Below are positions 12,778-23,194 of a stretch of DNA of 64,000 bases, one piece after another. The notes beneath the pieces were generated by a model that saw nothing but the letters and a program-made list of their open reading frames with translations, was not told the origin of the DNA and did not search any database. The number at the start of each line of letters is the position of its first letter. Position 1 is the first letter of the stretch. The DNA is from Zancudomyces culisetae HAW-14-8. Lineage: Eukaryota; Fungi; Kickxellomycota. The position numbers and the translations under genes were made by a program. The stretch is from assembly GCA_052426225.1 (NCBI GenBank), contig JBNJNM010000014.1, positions 62,001 through 126,000 on the forward strand, given 5' to 3'.

Positions 12778-13233
12778 ATGGTCAATCTTTTGGTAACAAG
12801 TGCATTCTTACTAGCCTCGGGACTTGCAGCTGGTGCAACCATTCCAAGCATCCAGGTATCCAACACCAATGGATCTACTGAAAATCAAGCCAACCTCTAT
12901 AAACGGCACAGTGGAGGCTGGGGAGGAGGTAGAGGTGGGAGCGGGGGTAGAGGTGGGGGTGGACCCACCATGAATATTCAAATGTACATGACGAGCTACT
13001 ATAGAGATCAAATAAACTCAGTAGTAATACAACCAAATTGTTGTTACAATTTGCCAAATATTGATTCAAGCATTCTTGATGGCGGCAGTCAAGGTGCTGG
13101 TGTAATCACATTTTGCACTGGAAATAACTGCGGGGGGAATTGTGTAAGCAGTTCAAGACAAAACTGGTTATACCCTGGAAATATGCAGTATGACCTTGGA
13201 GGTCGGGCAAACTCAGTATACTGGTCTTTGTAG
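12778..13233 (+). CDS. Small secreted Cys-containing prepro-protein (signal, KR site, Gly linker, putative beta/gamma-crystallin-like domain), 151 aa
   Basis: CAACATG start at 12778; signal MVNLLVTSAFLLASGLAAGA; LYKR Kex2-type site; Gly-rich linker; C-terminal domain aligns with the 29052..29606 product. Confidence 0.85.
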   Translation: MVNLLVTSAFLLASGLAAGATIPSIQVSNTNGSTENQANLYKRHSGGWGGGRGGSGGRGGGGPTMNIQMYMTSYYRDQINSVVIQPNCCYNLPNIDSSILDGGSQGAGVITFCTGNNCGGNCVSSSRQNWLYPGNMQYDLGGRANSVYWSL

Positions 13234-14880
13234 TGAGAAAATATCACGTTTTCTTAAGATAATCGGTTTGATACTCACTTGTCCCAAACCGCTAGTTTTG
13301 ATGATTTTTACACAACATCGGATCTATAAACGGTTTTATATGGATATTTGATATTTTGTTGCTAACGTTTTCAAATATTTATATTAGCTAGTGATATTGT
13401 TGTTGGATTAAGATTCAATTTATTTTATTGTTAGAGTTTTCAAACGAGAAAATAAATAATATAAATTATAAAAACGTGTCAATATGAGCTTGCAACGATT
13501 GTTATAAATAATAGTCTGCAATAGTACATTGAGTAACTTTATACTTAGCACCTTTGTATGCATTTTTATATACATTGGTGTTATTCAGTATAAGACTAAT
13601 TTAAAAAAATATTAGCTCAGATTTTATTGTATCTAATGTGAAAAAACATCCACTTTGTTTGCAAATGTCAACTTATTTTAGTCTCATTTAAATGGTACCT
13701 AAGTAATGTTTGATTGATTCGATAAGTTCTATAGTAGAAAAGTTTGTGACAGAGCCGGTTTTCATTGCATAATATCTTTGATTTGAACACCATTTATTTG
13801 ATTTTAGGATATATTTGTACCTTGTAATTATAAATATCTAGGGGTAATATTCAAAGTTAGCTCTAATGCAGATGAAATCTGAGTGAAGTGAGTTGTACAA
13901 ACCTACTTTTACTAAACAGCGGATATAATGTACGGATTTAGTAATACGTGCACTAATCCAAATTTTTTAGAATACAAGCAAGATGATTAAAGGAGTAAAA
14001 AACTACTGAATTAAAGTAGCTAGCACAGAGTGAGATTTTAGATCATAACATGGAAATTTAGAAAAACCAAATAATCCATATTCGGCCCAAGTTCTATCAT
14101 TTTAAATGCCCTAAACAGCATTTACTATACCAAGCTACAAACATGGTACAATTTTAGATTGTTGAACTAGATCTTATCTTACTATTTCATCTCAATTGCG
14201 GTTGATATTTGGAGAACAGCAATATCGGAGTTTTGACTATCATTCTATGTGTCAAAAAACTAAAATAATCGACACATCTACACTGGTTTAGTATATTGTA
14301 CTTTTGATAGTACAATTCTTTGTTTTTGCACAAAATAATCGGCAATTTGTTTTTTGATTCAGCCAGCATACCGCTACTAGTATATTTTTATGTCAGTATT
14401 TTTTGAAATTTTGCTATTTTGGAAATAGTTCATGTACGTAAATCATGTTAGCCGAATTAGTGCAATTAAAATTATGGGCACAAATGAAAATTACGCAACT
14501 GTTCAAAGTACTTTATATTCTTTTCATGTTGTATCCAGAATATAATAATCTATAACTTAAAGCTGCTTTTACTTGGATCAAATACAGAAAAAACCATTTA
14601 AAGCATCTCAAGTCTAGTGTCGTGTGTATCCCATTGTAGATCGGGATTCAACAATTATAAATAAATATATTATTTACTACATAAAAAATCTACTAAAAAT
14701 ATAACAAAGTCAATCCAGAAATTACATTAATAACAGAAAAATCATAGAATAAAATACTATTAAAAAATATATTTTCAAGTAAATCAGTCTTTGAACATAA
14801 AACAATAAGAAATAAAAATAAGGATGTAAAAACAAAACCACAGGCAAGAATACAGTAAAACAAGAATGGAACATAGGTCA

Positions 14881-15069
14881 ATTAAATATAGCTATTATTA
14901 GTTTTATTGAAATAGTTATGTATAAACAAATGAAGACTCAATGAAGATTCCTAAGCTCTTTTAATAGTTTTAAGAAGAAAAGAACAAAAAGTTAATTAAA
15001 TAGTAATTAGGAAATAAAATCCAGGTTTATGATACATAACAAGTTTATTTGGAATAGTGCTACGGCTAG
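14881..15069 (+). repeat. Diverged ~190-bp direct repeat, copy 1 (upstream region of the 82-aa ORF)
   Basis: Shares blocks ATTAAATATAGCTATT, AGACTCA, GATTC..AGCTCTTT, AAGAAAAGAA and AAGTTTATTTGGAATAGTG.TACGGCTAG, in the same order, with 19685..19868. Confidence 0.85.
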
Positions 15070-15125
15070 TTAAAGAATATTTAGTGTTTAAATAAATACA
15101 AAGACTATAAAATCTCAAACTCAAC

Positions 15126-15374
15126 ATGTCAGGCTTCATGAATAAACTCAAAAAAGCATCGATCCAGACCGCTAAAACTCAGGGCCGATACTCATCTGAT
15201 AGTAATCATTTGGGAGCAACTTCTATAGAAGTCGATCCTGAAGAATTACGCGACTCCTTAGCGGATATCATGGAACATAAGTTTTTACAAATGAAGAACC
15301 CGAAAAAGAACGAGATGTCACCCAACCTCATTCGACGCTTGGCTAAATTAAAAAACAGTATATTTGTCATCTAA
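15126..15374 (+). CDS. Small orphan protein, 82 aa
   Basis: CAACATG context, ORF kept open in both arms, and a clear diverged paralogue at 19869..20093 (shared QGRYSS motif). Confidence 0.6.
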   Translation: MSGFMNKLKKASIQTAKTQGRYSSDSNHLGATSIEVDPEELRDSLADIMEHKFLQMKNPKKNEMSPNLIRRLAKLKNSIFVI

Positions 15375-17214
15375 TCAACAAGTTTTATTTCAAATGTTGG
15401 CTAATAATTATTCTTTTATTGAATGACTCCCCTAAACAAGTACGTAACTTAAACTGTAGAAGGTGGTAAACCTGAATTTAACAAACATGTGATCTTACAA
15501 GAATAGGAACCACTATCATGATTTTGTTTTTAGATACAAAAATTAAATTAACCTTTATACTTACTCTTATAATTTATAATACTATGAGCGGACCCATCTT
15601 CATATCTTGCAACGAGAGTTATGAATGATGATCCATGCAAGGTATTAAATGTTGAATCAATGGATTTAATCATTTTCTAAATATAAGACAGAGTTACAGT
15701 AAACCCTAGGCTAAATTACATCATACCCAGTGGGGAATAATCAAGCGCAGAGCTTTTAGGATCGTTACTGTAAATTCAATTTTGTATTCTCATTTGAATG
15801 CGAGGTAGTGACAGAATCGTTAAAAATTTGAAGAGTTTGGAAATGAGTTATAGCAAAAAGAATAATAATTTTATCAATGATAATAGTACAGATACTCACA
15901 CAACTTTGACTCATACTCACATTTGTCACCAGAAGCATTATACTACTTTATTTATGCTGCTACTTTTATTGACAATGATACGGTTTCTGTTCCCAGTTTT
16001 AAAATATTTGCTATTTCTTAGTGAACTTTTAGACAATTAATTTTGTCTAACTTTAAAATAATATTATTTTATTTGGGATGAGAATTATGAGCCTTGTCTA
16101 CAACGAATCCAAATGACTGTAACGGGAAAATTCAGTCTTATCCACAATAACAAACAAAAATAGCGGTGGGGAAAAACGATAAATGATATACAATCTTCCC
16201 TAAAAATTTTCTTCGATATCTAAGGCTTTGCGGCTGTTAAAAAATACCGCATAATAGTACTATTTTGGGAACACGTAAACTCGTGATTTCTATTGTTATT
16301 CAATTCAAAATTACATTTTAATCATTTTGTGAGATTCACCAGACCAAAATAATAGCAATTTTTATGGAATATGTGTGACTTCATTTTTGTTAGTTCGGGG
16401 GATATTTAATGTGAAGCAATCGACAATCATCAATTATTGTTAAATCTGGACCTGCACTATGTTGATTATGCAACTTGGTCCGTATTTTGAATAAATGTGT
16501 ATAACTACCATAATCAAAATACAAGTATAATCATGTGTAATTTTTCTCTAGTATAGAAAAAGTAACACATAAATAAAAGATTGAATCAAATGACATTAAA
16601 GTTCATTAAAAACACACTCGTATGGAACCCCTTATGGACAAAAAATTAAAAATTATACTCCTTAAATCTCAGTTCACTTATCATTAAACGTCCAAACTTG
16701 ATTATCATCAAGTTGTAAGCTTAGTTGTACAAATCAGTGATTGTCAACTCAGCTGTTGCTTTTGTGCATTTTTGAATCAGATAGAATATATTATGTGTGA
16801 TTAAGACATTAAAAAACAAATAGACGGTTTCGTACCAGATCTCAAGGTGGAAATTTAATCCCACTAAGCTGTTAACATAATACAGCATGATAATCTAGAG
16901 AAACAAACGTCTACATATATACAAGTAATACTATTGTGAGTGATACGTAACTTTTATTCTGATCATGAGGAAACTAAATAGAGTTATAGACACTGCATCT
17001 TTCTAGTTTTAAAACGGTTAATCATAAAGGATGTAGTACCTGAATGCGATATTTAAAAAAAAAGTATAAATACCCGCATCTCCAGCTCCTCGTTGATAGT
17101 AAAAACACCTACATCTGCTTTATAAAGCTAAAAAGAGTGTAACACAGTCTATTATTGTATTCTTAACCTTTGTACAAACAAATTTAACGAGTATAATACA
17201 AAAAACTAAAGAAA

Positions 17215-17973
17215 ATGACAGCGCTTAAGTTGAAAATCGGAAGGCTGGTAATGACCACACTGCTTTACACTGCTTGTGCAAACAGTGTGCATCCAATGGG
17301 TATGGTGAGCGAGGCTCATAACTCTGGTATGCCACTCAAAAAACGTGGATATTCCAGATATAACGACTACAGTGATTTTGATTACAGAAACTATGATTAC
17401 GGCTTTCAGATGCGGCCATCATATGCCGAAAATACAAACTATGGAAACTGGGACAGAGCGGAATATGACATGTATACACCAGTGAGATCACCACTAGCCC
17501 ACATAAAATTTGGTGCCACAACAATTGGTGGTGTAGGTGTAGATGGATACAGATATGGTCACAGAGATCATGGAGGAGATAGTGATAGAGATAGTTACAG
17601 AGACAATTACAGAGATATTGAAAGGTATTATAGAGGAGACGGTTACAGAGATAATGGAAGAGATTATTACAGAGATAATGAAAGAGATGATTACAGAGAT
17701 CATGGAAGAGATAGCTACAGAGACTATGGAAGAGGTGATTACAGGGATGATGGAGAAGATGGTTACAGAGATCATGGAAGAGGTGATTACAGGGATGATC
17801 GAAGGAGCAGTTATAGGGATAATAGAAGAGATGAATACAGAGACAATAGAAGAGATGAATACAGAGACAATAGAAGAGATGAATACAGAGATGATCGAAG
17901 AGTAGGTGGCGACTATCATTTTGCAATGGGCAGACCAAATTACCCAAATCCATTGATGCGTTCGAATGACTAA
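17215..17973 (+). CDS. Secreted Tyr/Arg/Asp/Gly-rich repeat protein, 252 aa
   Basis: AAAATG start, TATAAATA 150 bp upstream, signal-like N-terminus, KKR site, then ~8-aa repeats YRD(H/N/D)(G/R)R(D/G)(D/E) encoded by 24-bp units. Confidence 0.8.
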   Translation: MTALKLKIGRLVMTTLLYTACANSVHPMGMVSEAHNSGMPLKKRGYSRYNDYSDFDYRNYDYGFQMRPSYAENTNYGNWDRAEYDMYTPVRSPLAHIKFGATTIGGVGVDGYRYGHRDHGGDSDRDSYRDNYRDIERYYRGDGYRDNGRDYYRDNERDDYRDHGRDSYRDYGRGDYRDDGEDGYRDHGRGDYRDDRRSSYRDNRRDEYRDNRRDEYRDNRRDEYRDDRRVGGDYHFAMGRPNYPNPLMRSND

Positions 17974-18567
17974 GCCATACATAGATTATTCTTGGTGCTG
18001 TACCAACATATAAAATGGTGTTATTTGTACACGTTTCATTTTGCGCAAACAATCAAAAAATAATTGATTCCGATAATCAGCTTTCGTACTCCTGATTTTT
18101 CTGGTTTCTCAATACCCCATCTGCTACATTTTCTCATTCATCGATTGGGAGTACGTATATTCTCCAAAACCACCATACACTAAAGCTATGTGTCATATCA
18201 TGTACTTCAGCTATTTCAAACTCGAAACTCTCTGAATGTTTTAACAATACACAATGCTGTTCTAACCCATCATGAAACACTCACAATCTGTATTTTGTAA
18301 ATAAGAATATTTTATTTTATTTCTGATTTTTGTTTTGAATTGGATCCGTTTTACGAGCAAATGTTGCTAACACCCTTGTGTTTTTGATCTCTCGACGTTA
18401 GGACTTTTTTCAAAGTATACCGTTTACTAGCGTCGTTTTGTGTAAGGATTAAATATATTTTGTACTATTTGTTTTGTTGAATTGTTTACTAGGTTTAAAC
18501 CATCAATCACCATTGACGACCACTGGCACTCCAAGACAGTTTAATGCAGTCTAAAGTTAACTCAAAT

Positions 18568-18852
18568 TCAAGGCAGGGGATCATTCTGTTGATCTGAGGA
18601 GGTAGTAGATGTGAATCCATCTATTTTCACAACATCTGGGATTTCAATTCAAGAATTTTAGTTGGCCCGGTTATTGTAAATGTGCTTAAGTCTATTTTGA
18701 TGACAGGTACTTTAAAATTTGAGATTATAGTACCAGAAACATCCATATCATCAGCTGTAAAGCCTGGAATTGTTTTAGTTTGATCTGCGGCTTTTCTGCG
18801 GAATAGCCTTGCTGCTTCTCTTTTGTGGGGCTTTTCAACTTGCGAATTTCAT
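18568..18852 (-). pseudogene. Probable relic of a secreted-protein gene (arm B copy 58193..58478 on +)
   Basis: AAAAATG AAA TTC GCA AGT TGA with TATAAAA ~130 bp upstream. It is followed in another frame by 93 open codons in arm B (HKREAARLFRRKAANQTKTIPGFT...KIPDVVKIDGFT), frameshifted by 1 bp in arm A. Confidence 0.35.
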
Positions 18853-19684
18853 TTTTTCCTTTATCTTTAGCCGATAATAAAGAGTTTATGAATGCAAAGG
18901 ATAAATATCTGTTAAATTCGTTTATCTTTATTATTGTTTTTCTGAACTATTACTAAAATGGGAATATGGTGTGGGTTTTTATAAATGTGTATTTTTCTTG
19001 AGTATGTTTTTTTTTCATCTCATTAAATTCTCTTATATAGAGCTTTTGGAACTATAACTCACTATACATAACTTATTTACATTACTTTCAGGTGGGCTTT
19101 TATTGTTTTTTGCTATTTGATACTCGGCATCAGTAACCCAAATCGATATGTTACCTCTTGGTATAATTTTTTTGATTCTTTTTAAAGAACTATCAACTAT
19201 ATTTCTCAGCTATTTTTTTAATGCTATAGCAGTTTAATCGTAATTAAATAGACACTTTCGGTTTTATAAAGAGCTTTTTTTCAAGCTTTTTACTTATTTT
19301 GCATATATCTACACATAACTGCTTAACTGAGTACTCACACTAAAACAATGGTTTGTTTTGATTTATTTTGTCGTGTGTACCTGGTTGTTGTGCGGAACAT
19401 AAAGTAATTAATTAATAATTTATTACTATAATATCAATCTAGAGCTCAATTTGAACACAACATTAATAACAGATTCAATTATAAAGTTTTATCAAAAATT
19501 ATATCATAAAAACTAGAATAATGAGTAATAAAATAAAAAAGATAAGATTTATTAATTAGTATATTAATTGTTTAATATAAAAACTGAATTGAAATGGACT
19601 AAAGGAAATGAACTTTGGAAGAAGGAATGAAATTTCAGAGTCGCAAGTTAAGAATATAGTAAAACTATAATACCACATGCATTG

Positions 19685-19868
19685 ATTAAATATAGCTATT
19701 GTTAGATTGTTTAAATAGAATTATTAAAAATTAAGGCAGACTCATAAAAGGATTCTTTAGCTCTTTAAATAGCATTAATAAGAAAAGAAATAAGATAGAT
19801 AAAGAATAATTGTAAACAAAGTTTAACTTTGAAATGTTTAAGTTTATTTGGAATAGTGATACGGCTAG
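19685..19868 (+). repeat. Diverged ~190-bp direct repeat, copy 2 (orphaned upstream region of the inverted paralogue)
   Basis: Collinear similarity to 14881..15069, ending at TACGGCTAG. Confidence 0.85.
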
Positions 19869-20093
19869 CTAATTTTCGGACGCGACCAGACGGTTCACGC
19901 TCCTTAGTCGGTTTCCCGTAGTTAGAAACTCTTGCTGAACTATATCTCCTAGTTAAGCCAATGGGTCATGTGACGGCTCAAGTTCAATATCTATCGAAGA
20001 CACACCTGAACAGTCACTTTTAGAAGAATAACGACCCTGACCCTTAAACCTTTGGATAATAGCTGAGCGGAGTTGATTAATAAGACCTGGCAT
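19869..20093 (-). pseudogene. Inverted, disrupted paralogue of the 82-aa orphan
   Basis: ATG at 20093 gives MPGLINQLRSAIIQRFKGQGRYSSKSDCSGVSSIDIELEPSHDPLA*LGDIVQQEFL, matching MSGFMNKLKKASIQTAKTQGRYSSDSNHLGATSIEVDPEELRDSLADIMEHKFL. Confidence 0.8.
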
Positions 20094-20768
20094 TGTGATT
20101 TTAGTAATTCAAAACTGTCCTTAGCACTATTTTTTAACTTAATTATTAAATAAAAATTATTTCTAACAAACTCCTTGTTCAATCTTATTTATTTTCTAGT
20201 CTTTTTGTATATTCCAAAACTACAAAAAGAGTAGCTGAGACTTCTAATGATATCTCTTCTGCCTTTAAATATGTTAATTACTACTGTTAAAACTATTGTA
20301 AAACTTGTCTAATTAACATTTATTATACCCGTTATCGTTTCATACTCGACCTTATCGTCATACTCATATTCTGTCGTATTTTCCATAATCGATTAAATTC
20401 TTTTACTGTTCTTATTTCAATTTGTAATTTTTCTCTTTAATTTTTGATCTGAATATTTCCTTCAATACGTGATCGAATATTTGAACCGTACTTTTGATTG
20501 TTAATATACTAAATAAAATAAATTTTTTTTGAATATCATAGTTTCCCAAGTAAATGCATTAATTGGGTCTTTTACCCAAAGCACACGACAGAGAAAGCTT
20601 GGAATTGAATCCTCAAAGGGAAATAACGAAGAATTGAACGCTAGTTCAGCGAGAAAGGGTGGTCGCGTTAAGTAGTGTTCAATGAGTAAAGCCAAGTTTT
20701 TAGTCCGGAAAGAGTTAATAAACTAAAGTGATAAATGAAGGATACTATGTTCAACTTTTAATAGATAT

Positions 20769-21630
20769 ATGAAAAAATATGAACAAGCGAAACATAATCG
20801 CGAGCTAAAAAAGCAAGGGGTTCCAGTTAGTTCTGTTTCACAGCTTAGAAAACATATGAGAGCAGCCACAAATACAGAAAAGGTACACAACGTAACTGAA
20901 ATGATAAAGAAAATCCGAAAGAAAAAGGTAGTCAAAACTGAAGACGGATTATTAGAGATAGGTTTGAGTATTTCCAGTTTGCAAGAGTTGTGTGTTAGAG
21001 TAATCAGAAAACATATAAAAGTTTTCACTTCGTTTGGAGATATCTCCTCAGAGGCCAATAACAAAGCGTGTAGGATTATTAATGAATATAGGCCTTTGGA
21101 TAAAAACACACTTCAGCTCTTTTTAACACCAACGTTGGATCAAAAAACAGAACTCGTGTTGTATGAATGTCCAAATATAAATATGAATAATTATTGCAAT
21201 TTTTTTGTTCTGTTGATGGAAAACCAATCAAGCGGGTTTTCACTAATTCATTTGGATTTGGGTGGAGTTTACGATCTTGGTGACAATGCTTTAATTTTCA
21301 TTCTCAGACATTCTGGCTCTACTCTACAGCACTTGAGTCTACACTCATAAGACCAATTCTGATCAAAAAATGACCGTCTTGCCTTTTCTGGTACTATTAT
21401 TTTCAATATATATAAGGATAATAATAGCAATAAAGATAAAGATAGCACAGGTACAAACACCTCTCAATTTACAACGCATTCGACAGTTACTCTTTCGACA
21501 TGCAAAACCCTACATACACTAAAAATTTAATTTTTAAGGTTTATTGATGACCCTATCATCTCCACTCTTCTCTTTAATCATCCCGGCTTATCTACGATAT
21601 ATGTGAATGGGAAACCCGAAGTTCACCTCA
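20769..21630 (+). pseudogene. RAD7: RAD7/Rhp7-like leucine-rich-repeat NER gene remnant
   Basis: SLQELCVRVIRKHI..FTSFGDIS....KACRII...R.L...TLQLFL.P....ELVLYEC is the Rad7 family pattern. Most central LRRs are missing and there is a stop at 21350. Further LRR-like remnants with stops follow (LHTLKI*FLRFIDDPIISTLL). Remnants probably extend upstream of 20769. Confidence 0.7.
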
Positions 21631-23072
21631 CCAGCTTCCGCGTGATCATAATTCTAAGTTATTGGCTGCGAATCTTATGCACTTTGGTTAAGATTTATTA
21701 TTCTTCGCATTAGCTCGGCCATATGTTTATTCGCGCTATACCATATTTGGTGAATTTGTAAAACTTTTCTTTTGTTCATTTAATGTACGTACTACTTATA
21801 TCAAAATCTATAAGCACTATTTTGTTCTCTGGAGAAACTTCCGTAAAAACCTCGCAAACTTATCTACTGTGGGAATACCAGTATTTATGGATATCTCGGT
21901 GGGTTCAAATTAATAACCAGTTGTCACGGACTTTAAACACCGGAAGAAATGTCAAAATTATTTTTTGTATTAGACTGGTAGATTATGTAATTATTTATAA
22001 GCCATGTAAAAAATTCCCCACTATTGAAAAAAGACCATTTAGTTGGGGTTTTTTTTTGAGTCAAGTCAAATGACTTATCTAGCGGATTATTGGATCAACG
22101 AGCCTTGCATCAAATGTGTTTTAATATTAACACCGATTTATCAGTCAGGGTCTACACATAGCAATGGATTTAGAATTAAAAAAGACCACCTACTCTGTTT
22201 CAAATATATTTGTTAATATTGCAAATAGTTTATTACAACGACACTTAGTAAAGCGTTGCGGACAATAAAATAATGTGCAGATTCTATATTGTGTAACAAA
22301 TATTATATATAGCCCCATCCAAAAGCTCCAAATATGTTTAAAATACCAAATATTAGCAATGTACTATTAATAAATGTAAAAACGAGGCTGTACCCAAGTG
22401 TAATTGAAAATAGTCTTGAATAAAATAAGCAGTAGTTGTCATGTTTACAAATAATTGTGGCTATTTAGTTTAACGACTGATAGCAAAATCTGTTTACCAA
22501 AAGACCAGATTGTGCCACCAACATTAAGGATTGACAGGAAAAGTGAATAGGACTTTGTTCCTGGTTAGATATCGCAAATTTTTCCAGGTAGATGTGCGTA
22601 AATATCAATTACTTTAAACTGTTGTATAATATTCATTTTTGAAGTTATATCAATATAATGCTAATTGAAACCAGAACAGCCAAATGTGAACATTAAATTG
22701 GATAAATCTTAATCCATCTATATACACGCAAAAAGAGTTGCAGTACAGCCTCCCACTTTACTATCTTGATACCTCTTTTTATATTTCGAATCAACTTAAG
22801 GGATAATGTATCTGTGTATTCACTATTATAATAGGTTTTTTTATTGTCCAGTTTATTAGCAAAATCTATCGAACTTAACACCCCCTTCCCTCCCCCCAAA
22901 AAATATTAAATTTTAATAGCTGTTTTTACTATAAATCTAAAAATAGAAAACATGAAGGATGTCGGAAGTAGAAATTAATATTTATGAATATTGACATGTT
23001 GTATCATAATATAATGAGCATAAAGCGGTTTTAATGTCAAAAATATAGATCAAAATAAGATGTGACAAAATG

Positions 23073-23080
23073 TATATAAG
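23073..23080 (+). promoter_or_regulatory. Probable TATA box of the 493-aa secreted gene
   Basis: TATATAAG 122 bp upstream of ATG 23195. Confidence 0.45.
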
Positions 23081-23194
23081 TCAACACTATCTACCAAGTT
23101 CCACATTTATAATTACAACTATACTTTATAGTCATCAGTACACATATCTACAAACAAGAGCATTTATACACTTCAAAAAAGGCATTCGAGAAAA

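Noticed and set aside
17560-17900. Regularly spaced repeats considered as a CRISPR-like array
   Set aside because: Coding tandem repeats without unique spacers, in a eukaryotic gene; no cas genes.
17336-18052. 238-, 162- and 120-aa overlapping ORFs (HLFYCLC, ISVISS, MEEIITE repeats) and their arm B twins
   Set aside because: Shadow frames of the 24-bp repeat; only the 17215 frame has start context, signal peptide and TATA.
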